Shown here one piece after another: positions 45,906 through 54,626 of a DNA stretch of 64,000 bases. A program made the position numbers and the translations under genes. The notes under the pieces were generated by a model. The model had not been told where the DNA came from and ran no database searches. It saw nothing but the letters and a program-made list of their open reading frames with translations. Each line of letters starts with the position of its first letter. Position 1 is the first letter of the stretch. This DNA comes from Deltaproteobacteria bacterium RBG_16_49_23 (GTDB taxonomy: Bacteria > Desulfobacterota > BSN033 > UBA1163): positions 6,711-70,710 of the forward strand of contig MGQQ01000144.1 in assembly GCA_001798855.1 (NCBI GenBank), written 5' to 3'.

Positions 45906-46042
45906 TTTACCCCGTTAGAAATAATGCCCCGCTGCTCTGCAGTCCCACCTGTGACGGGATAACATTTTAGAATAATTTCAGCGGGGTTTAATGCCCTGCT
46001 CGGTTTCGAGTCGCAACGACTCGAAATTCTAACGGGGTTTAC
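45906..46042. mobile_element. MITE-like element, family A copy 4 (inverted orientation, 137 bp with an extra internal hairpin)
   Basis: TTTACCCCGTTAGAAATAATGCCCCGCTGCTCTGCAG is the reverse complement of the right end of copy 2. It carries an extra TCGAGTCGCAACGACTCGA hairpin. Confidence 0.8.
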
Positions 46043-46125
46043 CTATTCATATCAAGAGATCTCTTCTTTGTCAACAACGGTTCAATCGCATCTAAAATTC
46101 TATGACTTCAGGTCCTGAAGAATCC

Positions 46126-47247
46126 TCATCTCTTCTTCTTCTCTTTCTTGAATAACTCCTCAAGCGATCTCAACCCTTCGGACAATCCTTCAGCCCCTTT
46201 TCCTGAACCTGTTAAAAGAGGTTCTCCTACCCCTTTGACCGGGAGTCCAAGAGCCCCGGCAAGAGCGAGTGCAATGTGACTCAGAAAAACTTCCTGGATC
46301 GTAAATCTGGGATCATCCATATTCCCCTTTACACGGAATCGAAGGTTGACTCTGTTCCCTCTATCCTTTAATCGAGAGGCAAGGGTCTCTGCCGGCAGAT
46401 AGAAAACGGTTCCTTTATCTCCAATATAGAGATCGGCCAATTCCATTTGTCCGGGCGCATCGATCTTTTTACTTTTTACCGTAATCGTTGCATCCATATT
46501 CATGTGCCCGGACTCAATTTCCGCCGTAATTCTCTTCCGATAATAAGGCTCGAAGACCTTTAGCTCCATCTCCCGAACCCGGAGAGAGGTCTCAAGATCA
46601 GCGGTCTTCAGATCGATCCATCCCTTCAAATAGATCTCCCCTTCCTTTGACTTTCCCTCCACCTTTACCTTCAATTCAACAGGAGACCTGGCGGAGGAAA
46701 CGGGATATTGAATATTCCTTATCTCCAGGTCGAGTTTCCTCAACCTGATCCTCCCGGGGATCTCTCCTGTCTTCCTATCTTCAAAATCGAGGGAACCTTC
46801 TTTGATCTTCAATCGCTTGATCTCAACCTGAAAAGAATCATCCTTTCCTGCTCTTTTTCCGGGGGTCTCCTGACCCTTTTCTTCCTTCCCCAGTGGGATC
46901 AGGGGGCCGATGGCCGCTCCTTCCGGAGTGCGGTAGAAAAAGAAGGAAGGCTTTATGATTGCCCACTCCCGGACCGATAGTCTCCTCTTCAGAAGGGAGG
47001 AAAGGTCAGGATAGACCTTCACCTCCTCAATCTGAAGAAACCTCTGTCTCGGCAGAGGATCCTCATATCGGATGCCTTTGATGGAAAGATGGGTTGCCTT
47101 CACCCTGATCTCGGAGAGGGTGAATCCGTGGCCGATGGCTTTCTGGAGCTGGGCTTGAATCAACTTCACCGCATAGAAAGAGAGAAGGAGGTAACCCCCC
47201 GCTAAGAGAATGGCAGCTCCTCCTGCAATGATCAGCCACTTCTTCAT
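46126..47247 (-). CDS. membrane-anchored DUF748/AsmA-like protein
   Basis: N-terminal TM segment WLIIAGGAAILLAGGYLLL. A repetitive beta-rich body resembles DUF748. The family call is tentative. Confidence 0.45.
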   Translation of the reverse strand: MKKWLIIAGGAAILLAGGYLLLSFYAVKLIQAQLQKAIGHGFTLSEIRVKATHLSIKGIRYEDPLPRQRFLQIEEVKVYPDLSSLLKRRLSVREWAIIKPSFFFYRTPEGAAIGPLIPLGKEEKGQETPGKRAGKDDSFQVEIKRLKIKEGSLDFEDRKTGEIPGRIRLRKLDLEIRNIQYPVSSARSPVELKVKVEGKSKEGEIYLKGWIDLKTADLETSLRVREMELKVFEPYYRKRITAEIESGHMNMDATITVKSKKIDAPGQMELADLYIGDKGTVFYLPAETLASRLKDRGNRVNLRFRVKGNMDDPRFTIQEVFLSHIALALAGALGLPVKGVGEPLLTGSGKGAEGLSEGLRSLEELFKKEKKKR

Positions 47248-47266
47248 CCTTCCGCTTCCCTTCCCA

Positions 47267-47326
47267 TTTCGGAATGCAGATTGCGGATTGCGGAATAAAA
47301 TCCGAAATCCGAATTCCGCATTTGAA
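47267..47326. repeat. heptamer repeat block (GCGGATT / GAAATCC, family D)
   Basis: GCAGATTGCGGATTGCGGAAT-AAA-ATCCGAAATCCGAATTCCGCATT is an imperfect palindrome of 7-mers. Confidence 0.65.
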
Positions 47327-48469
47327 TTACGGTTTCACAATAAAAGAGGGCTCCTTCACCTTCTTCTCGTAGGCTTCCGACAGAAGAGTGAATATCGTCC
47401 GGACGACCAGTTGAAAGAGGAAAGGATTGGGTTGAAGCAGGTGGGCCGGTTTCTTTAGATCGAGGGCCACGGCCAGGGCAATTCTTGCTTCCTCTTCCCT
47501 CCCCCATTTGAGAAGGATGTAAGCCATCTCCTCCATTCTCTTCATGTAAAGAGACCTCCTCTCTTCCGGGAAGAGGTTGGAGAGCGCCTTCTGATAGATC
47601 TCCTGAAACCGGGCCTCTTTCTGGGGCTGGTTGAGAACGAGTTTCGACTCCTCCGCCGCCCACACTTCATCGGCATAAGGCCTGATTTCTTCCTCTCTCA
47701 TCTTCCAGGTTGTAAAAACGTCCGTTTTGAGAAGATCGCCGCCTCTTCTCAATATCAGGTCATCTCCCTCAATCTCATCCTCTCGAATATGCGAATAAAT
47801 CAAGGCTCTCTTATATTCCCTTTTTACCCCATCGACCTCGCCTTTGAGATGGAGATAGTCCTGGGGCGGGGTCTTCCCTCTTTCAAGGGTTCGCTTGTAG
47901 GCTTGAACAAAGAGGAATCCGACATAGGAGGGTTCCATCTCTGCCAGGGGAAAAGGGCTTCCCTTCTGAACTTCCTCGAAGAATCCCCTGAATCTTTTGC
48001 GGGGCATCTCCCCTCCGGAGAAATCAGCCAACCCCTCCGTATCGCTGACGATCCCCTGCATCACGGTCAACCCACGCCCGGTATGGGGAACAATGAGCAT
48101 CAGAAATCGCTGACCGAGGAAATCAAAAGGACCTCCGAATCCTCCTGGAGGCTCTGCCTGCAAAGGCCGGAAGACAGGACCTTCCTTTTCAGGCGATATC
48201 TCCTCAACAGGAATCCCTCTGCTCTTCAACCGGTAAAGCGATCTCTTGATGGTTTTCCGGATTTTCTTGTCCCCGGAAATCTTGAGCAGATGCTGGAGGA
48301 TACGGGCAATCCGGGGATGGGGATTTTCGATCAGTGATTCAATCATCCGGCCCGCTTCCTCCGGCTCACTCTCTAAAACCGGCAGGAGGGATTGAACGAT
48401 CTCCTCTTCCGGTCTTCCCTCCTGAATATCAGATCTTGCCTTTTCGATGAGAGATTGAATCTCTTCCAA
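47327..48469 (-). CDS. hypothetical protein (380 aa)
   Basis: Long ORF with even coding-like composition, in the same strand series as the UbiA and DUF748-like genes. No family recognised. Confidence 0.5.
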   Translation of the reverse strand: MEEIQSLIEKARSDIQEGRPEEEIVQSLLPVLESEPEEAGRMIESLIENPHPRIARILQHLLKISGDKKIRKTIKRSLYRLKSRGIPVEEISPEKEGPVFRPLQAEPPGGFGGPFDFLGQRFLMLIVPHTGRGLTVMQGIVSDTEGLADFSGGEMPRKRFRGFFEEVQKGSPFPLAEMEPSYVGFLFVQAYKRTLERGKTPPQDYLHLKGEVDGVKREYKRALIYSHIREDEIEGDDLILRRGGDLLKTDVFTTWKMREEEIRPYADEVWAAEESKLVLNQPQKEARFQEIYQKALSNLFPEERRSLYMKRMEEMAYILLKWGREEEARIALAVALDLKKPAHLLQPNPFLFQLVVRTIFTLLSEAYEKKVKEPSFIVKP

Positions 48470-48493
48470 TGTTTACCTCCCTGCCAAAATTTT

Positions 48494-48570
48494 CCCTCTC
48501 CCCTTGCGCCTGCCTGTACGAAGTCCCGCCCTGCGGGACGAAGGCAGGGGAGAGGGTTAGGGTGAGGGGA
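48494..48570. repeat. GC-rich nested hairpin repeat
   Basis: CCCTCTCCCCTTGCGCCTGCCTGTACGAAGTCCCGCCCTGCGGGACGAAGGCAGGGGAGAGGG. Confidence 0.75.
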
Positions 48571-49489
48571 ATATTGTCTGTTGAAGGGTGAGAATCATGG
48601 TGATTGAAAGATTGATTAAAAGAGTATTTCTGCAGAGGAGCTCAAGCCTCTTTGCTTCACGGTGTGCCTCTTGCCAGACCATCAGGAGGCTCGACAGGAT
48701 GAGGAGGAGAGGGATCCCCGAAATCGTCAAAAGCCAGAGGGGAGTTTGGCCCAATAGCAATAAAACCTTGATGAAGGTGAGGCCGATCAGGATGGAGCTC
48801 CCCATATAGAGATCCGTCATCCTCTCCTTTCCGAATCGAACCACCAGGTTTCTCTTACCGATGGCACGATCCCCCTCTTCGTCTGGAAACTCATTGATCA
48901 GGATCACATTGAAGATAGATAATCCAACAGGAATAGAAAGCAGAAAGGCCTGGTGGCTGAAAGAACCGGCAAGAAGATAGAATCCCGTTGCAATCGGAAG
49001 CCAACCATAAGAGAAACCGACGAAAATCTCTCCCAACCCACGGTATGCCCACTGAAAAGGCTTGCTTGAATAGAAGAAGCCTGCAAAGATTCCTATCCCG
49101 CCAAGCAAAAGGGTCATGGGACCGGTCTGGTATTGAAGATAGATATAAAGGCCGGTGAAGACGGCTCCTGCGAGGCAAGCATATCCCAGAAGAAGGGCCA
49201 CCCATGGAGGGAGGTCTCCTTCGGCCAGAACCCTTGACCCGCCTGAAAAGAGGTTAAAATCCCGGTTGATGCGATCACCCTCCAGGTCATTCCATTCCCC
49301 CATATAATAGGTCATCCACATGATGAGGATGACCGTTGCTGTTGTGAGGAGGTAGAGGCCGAATGAACCCTGATATCCCCATCGCCACGCCAGGACAAAT
49401 CCTAAAATCAGGGGAAGCACTCCGACTGAAAGAAAAGGAACCCGTGAAAGTTTCCACCAGGCCGCAAGGTAAAATTTCAGCTTCATCAA
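48557..49489 (-). CDS. UbiA family prenyltransferase (MenA-like)
   Basis: Multi-TM. First Asp-rich motif NDLEGDRIN and second motif NEFPDEEGDRAIGKRNLVVRFG. Confidence 0.75.
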   Translation of the reverse strand: MMKLKFYLAAWWKLSRVPFLSVGVLPLILGFVLAWRWGYQGSFGLYLLTTATVILIMWMTYYMGEWNDLEGDRINRDFNLFSGGSRVLAEGDLPPWVALLLGYACLAGAVFTGLYIYLQYQTGPMTLLLGGIGIFAGFFYSSKPFQWAYRGLGEIFVGFSYGWLPIATGFYLLAGSFSHQAFLLSIPVGLSIFNVILINEFPDEEGDRAIGKRNLVVRFGKERMTDLYMGSSILIGLTFIKVLLLLGQTPLWLLTISGIPLLLILSSLLMVWQEAHREAKRLELLCRNTLLINLSITMILTLQQTIFPSP

Positions 49490-49574
49490 CTCATCTCTTT
49501 AAAAAACTCTAATCCTCATCAGGCGATTCGACTTTCGTCTTACAAATAGAACAAATCGATTCAAAATTCAACTT

Positions 49575-49623
49575 AATAAAAAAGAAGGGCGACCCTCTCA
49601 ATGTCAGAGATGATCGCCCTTCT
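49575..49623 (-). terminator. candidate rho-independent terminator downstream of the small peptide ORFs
   Basis: Minus strand: AGAAGGGCGA-21 nt loop-TCGCCCTTCT followed by TTTTTTAT. The long loop lowers confidence. Confidence 0.4.
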
Positions 49624-49680
49624 CGGGTTAGAGGTTAAAGGAGGCTGGGGACTAAAGCATAGGATCGCTTCGAATTGGAT

Positions 49681-49833
49681 TTAAGTAATATGAAACAATT
49701 TACTGAAAAATAAGCCGATGAAGAAAATATTCGTAAAAATTAAAACCCACTCAACCACTCTTTTAGGATTGATTTCAACCTTTCTTACTCCCTCTTCAAC
49801 TTCATAAACACCCAGAATCTGGCTCACATTCAT
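49681..49833 (-). CDS. small hydrophobic peptide ORF (50 aa)
   Basis: MNVSQILGVYEVEEGVRKVEINPKRVVEWVLIFTNIFFIGLFFSKLFHIT has one C-terminal TM segment. GAGGA lies 6 nt upstream. Below the ORF-track cutoff; translated by hand. Confidence 0.3.
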   Translation of the reverse strand: MNVSQILGVYEVEEGVRKVEINPKRVVEWVLIFTNIFFIGLFFSKLFHIT

Positions 49834-49850
49834 ATTTATCCTCATTCACA

Positions 49851-49991
49851 CTAACCTTCAAGATTTGTTCTCACCATTCTTATAAGAGCAAAAGCCCCGA
49901 AGACAATTAAACAGATGGTAATGAAATTTAAGGTTGCCAGTTCAATGATTATTGAATTCATTCCAATCTCCATTTCTCGATGTTTGACCAT
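49851..49991 (-). CDS. small hydrophobic peptide ORF (46 aa)
   Basis: MVKHREMEIGMNSIIIELATLNFITICLIVFGAFALIRMVRTNLEG has one TM segment. It ends 17 nt before the next small ORF. Translated by hand. Confidence 0.3.
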   Translation of the reverse strand: MVKHREMEIGMNSIIIELATLNFITICLIVFGAFALIRMVRTNLEG

Positions 49992-50364
49992 AGTAAGAGC
50001 AAATTCCATACCAAAGAGGATTTGATCTGGAAAAATTTCAACCCCTTGAATTTATAAGCATATTTTAAATAGAGGATAAAAAAATTATATAAGAAAATTT
50101 TCAAAATTGTCTCCGTTTTCTTATTAAATTTCGATAAGTTATTAAAACTATAGAGGAAATTGAATTTGACAAAATGTCGTAAATATTCAATTTTGTCTAA
50201 AGCAGAAGCTTGGCGGTGTTGGATTCAAACTTTAGCGGGAATAATTAAAAAAGACAGGAAATATAAGATTTAAGAATTCTGCTGGTTCCCTTATTATGAA
50301 AAATGAATCCATGAAGGCAGGAAGTAAAGAATTTAAGAATTCTCCTGGGTTCCTAGCTTCCTTA

Positions 50365-51183
50365 TTATAAATTCAGGATTTTCCGGGATTCCTGCGGAGT
50401 GGCAATTTCTCTTCCAAATTCTTTCGCAATTCTGACCACTCTCTCGACCAACTCCGCATTGGTCTTTGCCGGCACCCCTCTAGAGTAGAAGATGTTGTCC
50501 TCCAGTCCAACCCGCACATGTCCTCCCATCGTCATAGCAATCATCGCCATGGGAAGCTGGCCAGGGCCAATACCGATCACAGACCAGGTCGAATCTTGAG
50601 GGACGATCTCTGAGAGGTGGAGGAGAGACTTTGCTGTGGCAGGCATGCCGCCGACGACTCCCAAGACAAATTGAAAGTGGAGCGGAGGTTTTAGAAGACC
50701 TTTTTCCAAATACCGGATACAGGTTTCAACCATTCCAGCCTCAAATACCTCCAGTTCGGGCTTAATCCCCTTTGCCAGAGTCTCTTTGGCCAGGAGCTCT
50801 AAAAACTCCGGAGGATTAAGGAATACATTCTCCCTCATATTGATAGAGCCTGCATCAAAGGAGACCAGTTCCGGATTTAAGGATAAAGGAACAAGCCTCT
50901 CGCGAAATTCAAGATTCCTGCCCGGAATGCCGCTGGTGGTCAGGCAGAGGATGGCATCGGTTTCGCTCCTGATACGGTCCGCCACTTCTTTGAAGATCGT
51001 AAGATCCTGGGTCCCTAACCCTGTCTTCGGGTCCCTGACATGGATATGGAGAATCGAAGCCCCTGCCTTCCAGGCCTCAATCCCTGATTGAGCGATCTCC
51101 CCAGGCAGAATGGGGATATGGGGCGTCTGTTGTCGTGTGATTCGGGACCCTGTAATGCCAACCGTAATAATCAGTTTTTCCAT
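50365..51183 (-). CDS. beta-keto acid cleavage enzyme (BKACE/DUF849, 3-keto-5-aminohexanoate cleavage enzyme family)
   Basis: IITVGITGS...TPHIPILPGEIAQSGIEAWKAGASILHIHVRDPKTG is the family N-terminus. 272 aa. Confidence 0.85.
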   Translation of the reverse strand: MEKLIITVGITGSRITRQQTPHIPILPGEIAQSGIEAWKAGASILHIHVRDPKTGLGTQDLTIFKEVADRIRSETDAILCLTTSGIPGRNLEFRERLVPLSLNPELVSFDAGSINMRENVFLNPPEFLELLAKETLAKGIKPELEVFEAGMVETCIRYLEKGLLKPPLHFQFVLGVVGGMPATAKSLLHLSEIVPQDSTWSVIGIGPGQLPMAMIAMTMGGHVRVGLEDNIFYSRGVPAKTNAELVERVVRIAKEFGREIATPQESRKILNL

Positions 51184-51205
51184 TCGACTTGCCTCATTTT
51201 TTTCT

Positions 51206-51241
51206 AATCCGCATTCCGAATTCCGAAATCCGAATTCAATT
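51206..51241. repeat. heptamer repeat block (family D)
   Basis: AATCCGCATTCCGAATTCCGAAATCCGAATTCAATT. Confidence 0.6.
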
Positions 51242-51945
51242 CACATCCCCAGATAAGCCTTTCTGATATGTTCGTTCCCCATGATTTCTTGAGAAGTCCC
51301 CTGAAGGGTTATCCTCCCTGTTTCCAGAATATAACCCCGGTGGCTATGACGGAGGGCAAGGGTTGCATTCTGTTCAATTAGAAGGATGGTCACCCCTTCT
51401 TTGTGAAGCTTTCTGACCGTTGCGTAAATTTCTTTGGTAATTTTGGGTGAAAGTCCGAGTGAGAGTTCGTCGATGAGCAAAAGCATCGGTTTGGACATCA
51501 ATGCCCTACCGATGGATAGCATCTGCTGCTCCCCGCCACTGAGCGTCCCTGCAATCTGTTCTTTTCTTGTCTCCAGAATGGGGAAAAGGGAGTAGACCCA
51601 TTCCACTGTCTCCCTCAGGAAGGAGCGGGCTTTCTGAGGATAAGCCCCCATCTCTAAATTCTCATAGACCGTCATATCCTTAAAGATCCTTCTTCCCTCT
51701 GGCACACAGGAGACTCCCTTCTTGATGATGTGAAAAGATGGCTGAAAGGCAATTTCTTCCCCTAAGAAATGGATGGACCCTTTCTTCGGATGATGAACTC
51801 CGAGAATTGACTCCATCAGGGTGGTTTTCCCAGCCCCATTCGCACCCAGCACGGTCACCACTTCTCCTCTCTCAACCTTCATGGTCAGGTTCCAGAGGAT
51901 CTGAGCCTCTCCTCGAAAGGTATCAATTCCATTCACTTCAAGCAT
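51241..51945 (-). CDS. livF: branched-chain amino acid-type ABC transporter ATP-binding protein (LivF-like)
   Basis: Walker A GANGAGKTT, signature LSGGEQQML, Walker B LLLIDELS. Confidence 0.85.
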   Translation of the reverse strand: MLEVNGIDTFRGEAQILWNLTMKVERGEVVTVLGANGAGKTTLMESILGVHHPKKGSIHFLGEEIAFQPSFHIIKKGVSCVPEGRRIFKDMTVYENLEMGAYPQKARSFLRETVEWVYSLFPILETRKEQIAGTLSGGEQQMLSIGRALMSKPMLLLIDELSLGLSPKITKEIYATVRKLHKEGVTILLIEQNATLALRHSHRGYILETGRITLQGTSQEIMGNEHIRKAYLGM

Positions 51946-52684
51946 CGGATTCCCCTAAATAGGCTTCGATCACTTTTGAATCGTTGACAACCTCTTCAGG
52001 CCTTCCCTCTTTAATCTTTTCTCCCTGATCGAGAACAATGATACGATCGGAGGCTTTCATGATGGCCCCCATCACATGCTCGATCCAGAAGATGGTCATC
52101 TTCAGTTGGGTTCGGATCACCTCAATCAATTCAAGTGCCTGAAGGATCTCTGAAGGGTTCAGTCCGGCTAACACTTCATCCAGAAGGAGAAGTCTGGGTT
52201 GAGTGGCCAGGGCTCTGGCCATCTCCAATCTCTTCTTTTCAATCAGGGTAAGATTATTTGCTGAATTCTTTTCGTGTCCTTCCAATGAAACGAATTTCAA
52301 CAGCTTTCTGGCTTCCTCCCCTTTCGCCTTTATCCCTTCCCTCGGATCGCCTCGTCCAATAATGCCGATGAGTACATTTTCGAGGCAACTCATCTTTAAG
52401 AATGGCCTGACAATCTGAAAGGTCCTGGCAATGCCCAAACGGCAGATCTCAAAAGATTTAAGAGAGGTGATTTCCATCCCATTAAAAGAGAGTGTACCCT
52501 CCTCAGGATGATAGACTCCGCTCATAAGATTGAAGAGGGTGGTCTTTCCTGCCCCATTTGGACCGATGAGCCCAACGATTTCACCCTTGTTAAGGTGAAA
52601 ATCAACCTTTTTGACGGCAGTCAATCCACCAAAGGATTTAGTCAGTCCCTTCCCTTCGATTATTACGCCCACTCTCTTCTCCAC
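51938..52684 (-). CDS. livG: branched-chain amino acid-type ABC transporter ATP-binding protein (LivG-like)
   Basis: Walker A GPNGAGKTT, Walker B LLLLDEVLAG, and a LivG-type C-terminus. Overlaps livF by 8 nt. Confidence 0.85.
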   Translation of the reverse strand: MEKRVGVIIEGKGLTKSFGGLTAVKKVDFHLNKGEIVGLIGPNGAGKTTLFNLMSGVYHPEEGTLSFNGMEITSLKSFEICRLGIARTFQIVRPFLKMSCLENVLIGIIGRGDPREGIKAKGEEARKLLKFVSLEGHEKNSANNLTLIEKKRLEMARALATQPRLLLLDEVLAGLNPSEILQALELIEVIRTQLKMTIFWIEHVMGAIMKASDRIIVLDQGEKIKEGRPEEVVNDSKVIEAYLGESDA

Positions 52685-53589
52685 TTCTTCCTTAAAATAC
52701 CCACCACGCCCTCGGGTGCAAATCGAGCCATGGCTAAAGCGATGAGCCCGAAAAGGAGCACATGATATTCCCCATAGACTCGGATGTATTCGGAGAGAAT
52801 TTCTAAGACAAACGATCCAACGATCGGTCCTGCGAAACTACCCATCCCCCCGATCACCGCCATGGCCAGAACAAGAAACATCTGACCGAGAGAGGGAACG
52901 TCCGGGGTGATGAGCATCAAATAATGCCCGTAGAACCCACCTGCGAGACCTGACATAGCGCTTGAGATCGCAAAGGCAAGCACCCGAACCCTTACCGTGT
53001 TGATCCCGGAAGAGGAGGCGGCCACTTCATCATTGAGTACAGCCCTAAAGGTGAGCCCCATCTCCGAATGGATAATTTTATAGATAACAATGAGCAGGAG
53101 AATAGTGACGATAAGGAAAAGGTAGTAATAACTGGTCTTAGAATATTCTACGAAGAAGCCGGGAACCTGAAGCCCCATCGTTCCACGTGTCCATTGATCC
53201 TCATTGGTAATGATAATCCTCAATATCTCTGAAAACCCTAATGTGGTTAAGGAAAGATAGATGCCCCCCATCCGGATGCAGAGGTAGCCAAGGCCAAACC
53301 CTAAAAGGGCAGCCACCCCCGTCCCAATCAGGATTCCCAGCCAGGGAGGAAGTCCGAGGTAGACAGTAAGCATCCCGGATGTGTATGCCCCCATACCTGA
53401 AAAGGCCGCATGAGCAAAGGAGACTTGACCCGTAAACCCGGCGATGAGGTTCCAGGAGGATGCCATCATCACATAGAAGAGGCTGATGATCATCACATGA
53501 AGCCAGTATTGGGATAGAAAAAGCGGTGGAAAGAGGGCAAGGATAATGAAAGCGAATGATATCCAGAGTTTCTTATTACCCATTTTCAC
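52663..53589 (-). CDS. livM: branched-chain amino acid-type ABC transporter permease (LivM-like)
   Basis: Multi-TM with GQVSFAHAAFSGMGAYT, typical of LivM. Confidence 0.8.
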   Translation of the reverse strand: MKMGNKKLWISFAFIILALFPPLFLSQYWLHVMIISLFYVMMASSWNLIAGFTGQVSFAHAAFSGMGAYTSGMLTVYLGLPPWLGILIGTGVAALLGFGLGYLCIRMGGIYLSLTTLGFSEILRIIITNEDQWTRGTMGLQVPGFFVEYSKTSYYYLFLIVTILLLIVIYKIIHSEMGLTFRAVLNDEVAASSSGINTVRVRVLAFAISSAMSGLAGGFYGHYLMLITPDVPSLGQMFLVLAMAVIGGMGSFAGPIVGSFVLEILSEYIRVYGEYHVLLFGLIALAMARFAPEGVVGILRKKWRREWA

Positions 53590-53619
53590 ACCTAAAGGAT
53601 AATGATATCTGCATTCTGA

Positions 53620-54483
53620 CTACTGTGTTTTCTGTCCGAAAAGTCCCCAGGGTCTGAAGACGAGAACCAGAATGAGTATGATAAATCCAAAGATATGGCG
53701 ATACATCGTTGAGATGTAAGCCGCTCCCAAGTTCTCCAAAATGCCAAGGATCAATCCTCCGACGACACACCCCTTCAGTGATCCCATCCCTCCTAAGACG
53801 ACCACGATGAATGCGTTCAAGCTGACCGAAGAACTCCCTGAAGGTGTCACAGGAAAGATGGGGGAGAGAACCACTCCTGCCGCTCCTGCAAGTGCTGCCC
53901 CCAACCCAAAGGCGAGCATATTGACCTTTAAATGGTCGACTCCTACAAGGGCCGCCATCTCCCGGTCCTGAGAAATAGCCCTGATACTCTTTCCAAACCA
54001 TGTCCTTTTGATCAAGTAGAAGATGGAGAGTAAGACTCCAATGGAAATGAAGAAAGATAGAATTCTCTGGTTTCCGTAATGATAGAGCCCAAAGATATTC
54101 ATCGCTCCGGTCACCCAATTGGGCGGTTTTTGTGGATAAGGTCCAAAGATCAAAAGGGCGGCGTTCTGAAGAACGATGGAAAGGACAAAGGTGATGATGA
54201 GGGAATACATCTCATCACCATAAGTGGGACGGATCAATGTCCGTTCCATTCCAATCCCGATGAGAAAGATGAGGAAGATGGAAAGAGGCATGGCCAGCAG
54301 GGGAGGGACCCCGAGGGAAACGCTCAAATGGTAACTGAAGTAACCCGCAAAGATGTATAGCTCCCCATGGGCAAAGTTGACCACCTTCATTATGCCAACG
54401 ATCAGCGAAACACCGATGGCAGAAATAGCATTGATCACACCGATAACAATTCCATTGGTCAGATACATCAATAATTCAGACAT
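53620..54483 (-). CDS. livH: branched-chain amino acid-type ABC transporter permease (LivH-like)
   Basis: LTNGIVIGVINAISAIGVSLIVGIMKVVNFAHGE is typical of LivH. The start was moved to the Met at 54483 because the upstream codons lie in a hairpin repeat. Confidence 0.8.
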   Translation of the reverse strand: MSELLMYLTNGIVIGVINAISAIGVSLIVGIMKVVNFAHGELYIFAGYFSYHLSVSLGVPPLLAMPLSIFLIFLIGIGMERTLIRPTYGDEMYSLIITFVLSIVLQNAALLIFGPYPQKPPNWVTGAMNIFGLYHYGNQRILSFFISIGVLLSIFYLIKRTWFGKSIRAISQDREMAALVGVDHLKVNMLAFGLGAALAGAAGVVLSPIFPVTPSGSSSVSLNAFIVVVLGGMGSLKGCVVGGLILGILENLGAAYISTMYRHIFGFIILILVLVFRPWGLFGQKTQ

Positions 54484-54626
54484 TCTTTTCCCTGTTAATG
54501 GCTTCCAAATCCTCCTTGTCCCCTTTATAGAAGGGGACAAGGAGGGATTATCCATTTCCATAATCTGCGGGTAATCAACCCGCCATATAACACCCTTTAT
54601 AATTGATTGCTTGCTTCATTTAAACC

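Noticed and set aside
53576-54118. 180-aa minus-strand ORF overlapping the LivH-like gene in another frame
   Set aside because: The LivH-like frame has clear family motifs and TM periodicity. The alternative frame is R/G/W/C-rich without motifs.
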